Sequence record: PV053165
From: Escherichia phage PBM-3
DNA length: 64,000 nucleotides
Direction: 5' to 3' (one strand)
Shown: positions 58,070 through 64,000 of the stretch, in pieces
Layout: every line of letters starts with the position of its first letter
Position numbering within the stretch: position 1 is the first letter of the stretch
Notes under the pieces: generated by a model
What the model saw: the letters and a program-made list of their open reading frames with translations, nothing else
The model's database searches: none
What the model was told of the DNA's origin: nothing
Program-made: the position numbers and the translations under genes

Positions 58070-58880
58070 CGTTTACTAACTCCTTATCAGCGAACTCCAG
58101 TACAGCTTTGTTGTAGCTGGTTCCCTGATAGTTGATGTGATAGCCCTGAGCGTAAGTACGCCCACGTTTGTCATATTTGTGACCCAGTGAGAAGTTATTA
58201 CCTTCTTTGGTCACTAACTCCATTACTTCCTTAGCGGTACGGCTGTACTTCTCAAAGGCTTTAACACGTTTCTCGTATTCCTGACGGGTTTCACCCTCTT
58301 TGGGCTTATCCATATTAGGACGAGAGTCTTTTACATAGTTAGCAACGTCCCAGTTGATACTTAGACGCTGATTATTCATACGGTTGATGTGATCAAGACA
58401 GACATCCATCTCATGATGGTTCTTCTTGAGGATGATACTTCCCCTGCTCTCGTAGTAACCTGTATCACGGTTACACAGAACAGGCTTAGGAGCACTTACG
58501 ATAGGTAATGGATACTGGAATGCTTCCAGTTCCATCTGAACATCTTCACTAATCTCGTAGATAACACCGAACTTGTCGATGGTAGGGTCATAGTTGAAGC
58601 AGTCATTCTCTGCCATCTTATACAGACAGTCAGCGATGTACTGAGCATCATCTGAATGGCTCATAAGAGAGCCAATCATAGTCTGAAGGTCAGCACGTTT
58701 ATGTAGGGCAATCTGCACCATTGCATCAATGAGCAGCTTATAATCAATTTCCAAATAGGCAGCGAATGCCTTAAAGTCAATTTCTTCGGAGTCCTCAAAT
58801 TCCTTCCTCATGCGAGGGAGTAATTGATTTTTGTTGAAAAGAATTTCGAGTTGCTTCTGATGTTCAATGGATGAGTACAT
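58062..58880 (-). CDS. Phage RNA polymerase II, N-terminal-half subunit, T7-like
   Basis: 272 aa; contains YDKRGRTY resembling a T7-RNAP N-terminal motif; lies upstream of the catalytic subunit gene. Confidence 0.6.
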   Translation of the reverse strand: MYSSIEHQKQLEILFNKNQLLPRMRKEFEDSEEIDFKAFAAYLEIDYKLLIDAMVQIALHKRADLQTMIGSLMSHSDDAQYIADCLYKMAENDCFNYDPTIDKFGVIYEISEDVQMELEAFQYPLPIVSAPKPVLCNRDTGYYESRGSIILKKNHHEMDVCLDHINRMNNQRLSINWDVANYVKDSRPNMDKPKEGETRQEYEKRVKAFEKYSRTAKEVMELVTKEGNNFSLGHKYDKRGRTYAQGYHINYQGTSYNKAVLEFADKELVNDE

Positions 58881-58913
58881 CGCTTATTCTCCTAAATGTG
58901 ATTAATAACCAAA

Positions 58914-58928
58914 AGCTGCGGAGCAGCT
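58914..58928 (-). promoter_or_regulatory. Candidate virion-RNAP promoter hairpin (GC-GGA-GC core, 3-nt loop)
   Basis: + strand AGCTGC-GGA-GCAGCT, preceded by CCAAAA; sits ~35 nt upstream of the RNAP II subunit gene start. Confidence 0.5.
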
Positions 58929-58933
58929 ATTAC

Positions 58934-59194
58934 CTAACGTTTAGTCCAAAAGGTAATACGAATACTGTTCTCTTGACCAAGGTAGTCAATACGTACATAT
59001 AAACCATTACCACTAAACTCGTTATTTTTCTTCTGGTAAGGCCATACCAGACTACGCATAGGTATTTTAATTAAACCAGATATGTGACCTAGTTTAGTAC
59101 GATCCTTTAGTTCGTTTTGTAATGCACAATAGATATCATGCCGTGTAAGTGCTCTGGCTCTGACTTGAGCAGTCCACAGTTCTTCATAAGTCAT
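58934..59194 (-). CDS. Hypothetical protein
   Basis: 86-aa ORF. Confidence 0.35.
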   Translation of the reverse strand: MTYEELWTAQVRARALTRHDIYCALQNELKDRTKLGHISGLIKIPMRSLVWPYQKKNNEFSGNGLYVRIDYLGQENSIRITFWTKR

Positions 59195-59196
59195 TA

Positions 59197-59547
59197 TTAA
59201 CTCCAGTAGTTGTAAGCATCGCCTAAGTGTTTACGCCATGCTTCGGGTAACAGTACATTTCCGGTTACATTAATGAACTGGTATGGGTCCAGGTAGTCAT
59301 TACTCATGACTTTGAAATCCCATTGTGGATTGGCAGATGCATAAGCAATAAAGCCCTCAATGAAGCCATAGATAGCACCCTCTTTGATACGGTTACCATT
59401 GCCATCTCTTACTGGAATAGCAAAGCTATTACCATAATGACCATAGGCCATACCCCAACGAGCACCATGCTTCTTATAAGCTAACTTGGCAGAAGCATTG
59501 GTATGTTGTCCTAGTGTATTGGTAGTGAATACGAATATTTCTTTCAT
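59197..59547 (-). CDS. Hypothetical protein
   Basis: 116-aa ORF with Gly/His-rich segment GQHTNASAKLAYKKHGARWGMAYGHYGNSFAIP. Confidence 0.35.
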   Translation of the reverse strand: MKEIFVFTTNTLGQHTNASAKLAYKKHGARWGMAYGHYGNSFAIPVRDGNGNRIKEGAIYGFIEGFIAYASANPQWDFKVMSNDYLDPYQFINVTGNVLLPEAWRKHLGDAYNYWS

Positions 59548-59550
59548 TAG

Positions 59551-59931
59551 TTACCCCTTTGGATTCTCCACAAAGTAGTTATACATAGCTTTTACTAGCT
59601 TCTCTTTAATAACCTCACCATGACATGGTTTCGGATAACAGAAGCACTGTAAGGCCAACCCTTTCTCATCAATGGCTTTATTACCAAGACGATTAAGTTC
59701 ATCCAATACAGCTTGATTCTTCCTCATGATTTGTTCATTAAGCCATACTCGATATTTGGCTATAACCTGTTCTCTTGAACCGTCTTTACCAATAACGAAT
59801 GGATTTCCTAATGGTGAACCACGTCCGATATACTCACCGGATTTACCGTGATGTTTATTAACAATGATAATTGGACGTGCAGCTACACCCAGCAAAGCAT
59901 TGGTGTCGTCCCCTAATGTAATAGTCTTCAT
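59551..59931 (-). CDS. DUF4326-like protein
   Basis: YIGRGSPLGNPF ... VIAKYRVWL ... CFCYPKPCHGEV matches the DUF4326 pattern as recalled. Confidence 0.5.
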   Translation of the reverse strand: MKTITLGDDTNALLGVAARPIIIVNKHHGKSGEYIGRGSPLGNPFVIGKDGSREQVIAKYRVWLNEQIMRKNQAVLDELNRLGNKAIDEKGLALQCFCYPKPCHGEVIKEKLVKAMYNYFVENPKG

Positions 59932-60170
59932 GGTTTTAATGCCTCAATAGATGTACTTACTTTACATACAGTAGTTCCTTCTAATGCGTCTATTTTGTAA
60001 GCTAACCCTCTTGTTAACATTACCCCGTTCATTACTTTATTAACCTCTTCTAGGTTAGGTACAGAAAATGCTTCATTTAATACGGGAGTTGTATGCCAAT
60101 CTATATAATCATCCGGCATAGCTATAAAATCATCCCCCTTTTTGAATACATAATATTCTTCATAAATCAT
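59928..60170 (-). CDS. Hypothetical protein
   Basis: 80-aa ORF, coupled. Confidence 0.3.
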   Translation of the reverse strand: MIYEEYYVFKKGDDFIAMPDDYIDWHTTPVLNEAFSVPNLEEVNKVMNGVMLTRGLAYKIDALEGTTVCKVSTSIEALKP

Positions 60171-60481
60171 GGCTTAAGTACCTGGAATGCGAACACAGGA
60201 CGTTTACTACGCCACTGGTTCATAGCTAGTTCACTAGTTTCAGAACCATCATGTAAGTCATAAATGAATGAGATTACATAGTCTGGTTCTTCCGGGAAGT
60301 TCTCTGTAGAGAATGGTAGACCTGATTCTTTAAGGATAGGAACCAGTGGAGATTCAGCATTGCAGTAGAGGGTAAATTCTTCATTGAATGCCTGGCTTGT
60401 TTGAGATACATAATCAATATTACGCATCATTTTATCTACATCTGTAAATGTAGAATCATGAACTACTAGAATAGTTTTCAT
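60167..60481 (-). CDS. Hypothetical protein
   Basis: 104-aa ORF, coupled. Confidence 0.3.
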   Translation of the reverse strand: MKTILVVHDSTFTDVDKMMRNIDYVSQTSQAFNEEFTLYCNAESPLVPILKESGLPFSTENFPEEPDYVISFIYDLHDGSETSELAMNQWRSKRPVFAFQVLKP

Positions 60482-60732
60482 ACCTTTCTCAATGTCCCAT
60501 AGATGTTATTATCGACAATACTCAAATCACAAAAACCAATTTCTTCTTGTCTCCCAGAGGATACCCAGATATTGTTTTCTGTTAGCTTAGGCTTCTTAGA
60601 GAATCCTATTAATGAGGTATTAGCACTTTTATATTGACGTGGTAATAAAGCTATATACTTAACCCAGTGAGGTACTTGAATGGTGTGCTTCATATATTCC
60701 ACAGTCTTGCCTGTAGGATATGTAATAATCAT
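60478..60732 (-). CDS. Hypothetical protein
   Basis: 84-aa ORF, coupled. Confidence 0.3.
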   Translation of the reverse strand: MIITYPTGKTVEYMKHTIQVPHWVKYIALLPRQYKSANTSLIGFSKKPKLTENNIWVSSGRQEEIGFCDLSIVDNNIYGTLRKV

Positions 60733-61089
60733 TTAGTACCTCACAACGTATACGGGTTTATTAAGCCTATACATGATATCAATCATGTGCTTGGTTCCTT
60801 TGGAATTACCATCCCAGAAACATACAGCAGCATCTGCAAATTCACCCATTTCCAGGTTACGTTTATAACCAGCACATTTACCATGTTTATCCCAGTTTGC
60901 TGGGAAATTATGAATAGGCATTTTGTTATTAGCCCATAGACTATATGCAAGCATATCTGCTCCACGAGCCATACCACATACTAATTCCGGACATTCAGGT
61001 ATATTCCCTGAATTTACTAACTTCTGTAATTCCTCAATCATAAGATTGGTATTTACGAAGTCTCTTCCACCAGCTACGATTAGTCTCAT
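60733..61089 (-). CDS. SLOG-family protein (DUF2493/YspA-like)
   Basis: LIVAGGRDF ... CGMARGADMLAYSLW ... FPANWDKHGKCAGYKRNLEM ... FWDGNSKGTKHMIDI matches the DUF2493 SLOG pattern as recalled. Confidence 0.45.
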   Translation of the reverse strand: MRLIVAGGRDFVNTNLMIEELQKLVNSGNIPECPELVCGMARGADMLAYSLWANNKMPIHNFPANWDKHGKCAGYKRNLEMGEFADAAVCFWDGNSKGTKHMIDIMYRLNKPVYVVRY

Positions 61090-61307
61090 TTCTGATACCC
61101 CTGTATATAGTTAATACGGCGAATACGTTGAGTAGATGCCTTAACAGCCATCTGTTGATTTTCTTCTTTACGCTGGTTTTCCAACAGCTTATCCCATTCT
61201 TTCTGGTTCCGTTGTTTCTGTAATATACGACTACAACGCTTATGATTAGCAACTCCTTTACGTTTGTTACATACAGGGCAAACACCATAATCAGTTGAGT
61301 ACATCAT
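61086..61307 (-). CDS. Small zinc-ribbon-like protein
   Basis: CPVC...HKRC Cys/His cluster in a basic 73-aa protein. Confidence 0.35.
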   Translation of the reverse strand: MMYSTDYGVCPVCNKRKGVANHKRCSRILQKQRNQKEWDKLLENQRKEENQQMAVKASTQRIRRINYIQGYQK

Positions 61308-61308
61308 T

Positions 61309-61554
61309 TTAGTTGAATCCGTAATAGTTAAAGTAAGGAGCCTTTCTGTCTTCAGTTGATTTGATAATCACTGATTCATCTAGAAAGTACATCTCATTAT
61401 TAATACGTACTTCTCTGTAAGATAACTTACCAAAGTTACGTATATATACCTTTCTAACATATACCTTACGGGTATGCTTTAGCATGAACCAGGCATACCC
61501 TTTGGGATTTACTAATATTGTTTTATCTACGATGACATCACTAAGATTGTTCAC
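61309..61554 (-). CDS. Hypothetical protein
   Basis: 81-aa ORF. Confidence 0.3.
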   Translation of the reverse strand: MNNLSDVIVDKTILVNPKGYAWFMLKHTRKVYVRKVYIRNFGKLSYREVRINNEMYFLDESVIIKSTEDRKAPYFNYYGFN

Positions 61555-61855
61555 CGAGTGCCTCCATCAGTATTTTACGAATAACGTTAACATCAGATTC
61601 AGTACCAATTAAACCAACAGGTTTACCTGTACTATCAGTTACAAAGCCAGCAATCCTTTCCATCTCTGCTGTAATTAACTTGTCACCATTAATAAGACGA
61701 TTACGAAGGTAAGCTTCATAAGCTACCTCTATATCTTCTACTGTGGTTCTTTCATTACGAGCAAATGGATTACTTAATGGGAATGGTAAATGTACCCGTA
61801 TATTCCTGTCAGCTACTTTAGCTTGGTGAGGAAGTATACATACTATTTCATTCAA
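61541..61855 (-). CDS. Divergent DUF4326-like paralogue lacking the Cys/His motif
   Basis: HLPFPLSNPF ... TVEDIEVAYEAYL ... GKPVGLIG parallels the GNPF and Y..WL blocks of the 59551..59931 protein but lacks the C-x-C-x-P-x2-C-H block. Confidence 0.3.
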   Translation of the reverse strand: MNEIVCILPHQAKVADRNIRVHLPFPLSNPFARNERTTVEDIEVAYEAYLRNRLINGDKLITAEMERIAGFVTDSTGKPVGLIGTESDVNVIRKILMEALGEQS

Positions 61856-61892
61856 GATTATTTCTCCTATTTAAATACATATCTAACTATTC

Positions 61893-61930
61893 AAAAATAA
61901 AAAATAGGAGCCTCCTATTGGAGGACTCCT
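61893..61930 (-). terminator. Strong rho-independent terminator
   Basis: On the - strand: AGGAGTCCTCC-AATA-GGAGGCTCCT followed by ATTTTTTATTTTT. Confidence 0.6.
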
Positions 61931-61932
61931 TA

Positions 61933-62061
61933 CTATTTGATACATGGATGATTGTAAGTAACAATCTTACGTACTGGTTCAGATGTCTGTTGCTTAGCAG
62001 CCAGACGTTCCTTCATCTTCTGTACGTCAGCTTTGGTTCCCATGATTAATGACTTACGCAT
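61933..62061 (-). CDS. Small hypothetical protein (42 aa, below the ORF-track cutoff)
   Basis: ATG at 62061 with GGAG ~10 nt upstream; ends just before the terminator at 61930. Confidence 0.25.
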   Translation of the reverse strand: MRKSLIMGTKADVQKMKERLAAKQQTSEPVRKIVTYNHPCIK

Positions 62062-62226
62062 GTTTGGTACTCCACATAAAGTTAAAAGGCTTGTTGTTGT
62101 TACGTACAATTCTTACAACCATTTGATAGCCATTGAGTTGTACAACACCATAGTGTCGTTTCTGTACACCAGTGTGATATCTACGAAAGATACATTCTTC
62201 AATGGCATCCTCAATGTTAGTGAATA

Positions 62227-62445
62227 TCACTGGTTCCTCTTTGCAAACTCTTCTGCTTCTTTAGCCCAGAGTTGCTTACGTACCTCTTTAGCTATGATGG
62301 AAGCAAACAGACACTTAACGAATACAACTGGTAACTTACAAATAAGTACCAGCTTAGTTCTTACCCACTTGGCTCCATTGAGAATGTAACCACGTAGGCG
62401 ATACAGCACATAACAGAGTATTACAAACGCAATGAAGTCCAACAT
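62227..62445 (-). CDS. Small membrane protein
   Basis: N-terminal TM helix MLDFIAFVILCYVLY. Confidence 0.35.
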   Translation of the reverse strand: MLDFIAFVILCYVLYRLRGYILNGAKWVRTKLVLICKLPVVFVKCLFASIIAKEVRKQLWAKEAEEFAKRNQ

Positions 62446-62449
62446 AGTC

Positions 62450-62635
62450 TTACACCTTATGAAGTTTACGGATTTGTTTACGAGTAGGTTTAGCTACAAA
62501 GAAGTGGTCATAATGCTGACCATTCTTATCTTCTACAGATACCTGCCAACGAGCATTAAGAGACATCTTACTACCCCAAGGTTGTAACATAACAATCAAC
62601 TTTTGTGAGTTATAACGGTTACATACTGTACGCAT
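62450..62635 (-). CDS. Hypothetical small protein
   Basis: 61-aa basic ORF. Confidence 0.3.
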   Translation of the reverse strand: MRTVCNRYNSQKLIVMLQPWGSKMSLNARWQVSVEDKNGQHYDHFFVAKPTRKQIRKLHKV

Positions 62636-62741
62636 AATGGTTACTCCTTCATCTAATATAAATCTATATCTATCTGGTTACTGTTTCAGTACCCTTCGTC
62701 TAAAGATACTCAAAAAGTAGAAATAGATTATCGTCTAGTTA

Positions 62742-62772
62742 AAAATAAAAGACTCCCCGAAGGGAGTCTAGT
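62742..62772 (-). terminator. Rho-independent terminator
   Basis: On the - strand: AGACTCCC-TTCG-GGGAGTCT followed by TTTATTTTT. Confidence 0.6.
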
Positions 62773-62778
62773 GGTTGA

Positions 62779-63162
62779 TTAGAAAGTCAGTTTACGAGCA
62801 TATTTATTCTCGTCTGCTGGGATGTCAGCAGCCTCTGCTTTCACACGACGAAGTTGAACTTGCAGGTTAATGATACCTTCTTCACCTGGTTCCAGGTTCT
62901 GAGCATATTCAATTAACTGTTCCAACAGGTCGTTCTGTGCACAACGCATAGCACGGAAGTCAGCATTGCTGCTATTAGTAGGCAGCGGCTCCTGAGTATC
63001 CAAAGGAATACCAGTAGGCAATGAGATGAATTTCTCATCATCAGAGCCTTCATTAGCTACATAACCAATGTTCAGCCAGAACTGAGCTTTAGGCTTATCA
63101 GCTTTAGCAGTAGAAGTAGCAGCAGTGTTAGATTGACCGAAAGTGAATTTTTGAATAGACAT
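62779..63162 (-). CDS. Early protein, function unknown
   Basis: ATG at 63162 with GGAGAG RBS (ORF track extends to 63261). Directly downstream of a candidate hairpin promoter and followed by a terminator. Confidence 0.45.
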   Translation of the reverse strand: MSIQKFTFGQSNTAATSTAKADKPKAQFWLNIGYVANEGSDDEKFISLPTGIPLDTQEPLPTNSSNADFRAMRCAQNDLLEQLIEYAQNLEPGEEGIINLQVQLRRVKAEAADIPADENKYARKLTF

Positions 63163-63274
63163 TTTGTACTCTCCAGATAAATGATTGTTTGATTTATGGG
63201 TTTGTCCGTCGGTGACTAAACCCAAGAAAAGACTTAAGATTTCAATGATTAGTGGATGCATTTAAATCATCCAT

Positions 63275-63291
63275 AAGACGCGGAGCGTCTT
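63275..63291 (-). promoter_or_regulatory. Candidate virion-RNAP promoter hairpin (GC-GGA-GC core, 3-nt loop)
   Basis: + strand AAGACGC-GGA-GCGTCTT with CCATAA immediately 5'; upstream of the 62779..63162 gene. Confidence 0.5.
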
Positions 63292-63295
63292 GGTT

Positions 63296-63499
63296 TTAAC
63301 TGTTATTAGGTCGGTGCTGTTTGATAGCTTTAAGCAAGGCTATCATGTCATCAATTTCTTTCTCGTTAAGTTTCCACAAGATGGAATCCCCATCAGGATA
63401 ACCCTTAGCGGAACCATGATTCACGAGAACTACTCCGTCTACAATTGCTCCAAATAGTTTTCCTCTTTGGATAGCAATCTTCTCTATGTTAAATGCCAT
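63296..63499 (-). CDS. Hypothetical small early protein
   Basis: 67-aa ORF. Confidence 0.35.
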   Translation of the reverse strand: MAFNIEKIAIQRGKLFGAIVDGVVLVNHGSAKGYPDGDSILWKLNEKEIDDMIALLKAIKQHRPNNS

Positions 63500-63548
63500 A
63501 AATAGGATTCTCTTAAAGTAGAATAACTATCTACTTTTGACTATCTAT

Positions 63549-63857
63549 CTAATGTTCAAAACAGGAGACTCCGAAGAGCCTCCTAGGTGCGTTTTCTTTA
63601 TCCTTACAGAATTCTTCAATACTTTTCTTACGCAGAGTCTCAGTCATAGCTGTCTCCTCTGCCAGTTTATTAACAAAGGTATGCATTTCTAATTTAGTAC
63701 GGATGGCTTGTTTCTCTGCCATAGTACTTACATATGAATTAAGCATACCTACTGCTTTAGTTGCTGTACCAAATGTATCTGCAACAGTAGTAGCAGCTGA
63801 GTTAACAGTACCAAGTAAAGTTCCTGCGGTCATACGTACAGTAGCGGTAGTAGTCAT
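63549..63857 (-). CDS. Hypothetical early protein
   Basis: 102-aa Thr/Ala-rich ORF; first gene downstream of the hairpin at 63900. Confidence 0.4.
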   Translation of the reverse strand: MTTTATVRMTAGTLLGTVNSAATTVADTFGTATKAVGMLNSYVSTMAEKQAIRTKLEMHTFVNKLAEETAMTETLRKKSIEEFCKDKENAPRRLFGVSCFEH

Positions 63858-63899
63858 GATGATAGCTCCAATAGTTGATGATAGGACGACATGTCCATA

Positions 63900-63914
63900 A
63901 CATGCGGAGCATGT
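63900..63914 (-). promoter_or_regulatory. Candidate virion-RNAP promoter hairpin (GC-GGA-GC core, 3-nt loop)
   Basis: + strand ACATGC-GGA-GCATGT with CCATAA immediately 5'; ~45 nt upstream of the 63549..63857 gene start. Confidence 0.5.
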
Positions 63915-64000
63915 GTAACGTGTAAGGTGGGGTAGGGTAGTGGCTACACCGTCAACATACCGGGGGGGATGGTTGAGTGTAAGGGTGTAGCCCCAGCCAC

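Noticed and set aside
62033-62389. 118-aa + strand ORF in the early region
   Set aside because: Antisense to the - strand early gene arrangement and overlapping a - strand ORF; the + strand has no other early genes, so it is most likely spurious.
63563-63584. Hairpin AGGAGACTC-CGAA-GAGCCTCCT with a U-tract on the - strand, looking like a terminator
   Set aside because: It lies inside the last 12 codons of the 63549..63857 ORF rather than downstream of it; could be coding-sequence structure or indicate a mis-called C-terminus, so not annotated as a terminator.
1-64000. CRISPR arrays, integrase/repressor, transposase or IS elements
   Set aside because: No direct-repeat/spacer arrays, no tyrosine or serine recombinase motifs and no transposase-like ORFs were seen; the window looks like a strictly lytic phage genome.

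Overview
This window reads as most of a lytic N4-like (Schitoviridae-type) podophage genome; the assignment rests on gene content and order read by eye, not on any database search. The + strand (1..27852) carries a late/structural operon: two tail fibre/tailspike genes sharing a C-terminal domain, a lysis cassette (holin candidates, GH108 endolysin, Rz/Rz1-type spanins with Rz1 embedded), portal, putative scaffold, a 400-aa major capsid protein, several virion proteins and a 3457-aa virion RNA polymerase with T7-like motifs. The - strand (27890..63857) carries the early/middle genes: a split T7-like RNA polymerase II, family A DNA polymerase, Dda/RecD-like helicase, primase-like protein, PD-(D/E)xK exonuclease, N4-SSB-like protein, rIIA/rIIB-like proteins, ThyX, dCTP deaminase, a MoxR-type ATPase with a VWA/HExxH partner, an HNH-AP2 homing endonuclease, and many small accessory ORFs. 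Between the two arms lies a ~2 kb non-coding region (29.1-31.1 kb) with a tRNA cluster and spaced GC-rich palindromes. No integrase, repressor, CRISPR array or transposase was seen. The most notable signals are three template-strand hairpins with a shared GC-GGA-GC core and 3-nt loop upstream of early genes (candidate virion-RNAP promoters), an apparent frameshift at the portal 5' end, tRNA-like elements that do not fold canonically, and early-region accessory genes with DUF2829 (Tad2-like), DUF4326-like and DUF2493-like signatures. All domain calls are from motif recognition by eye and need HMM/BLAST confirmation.
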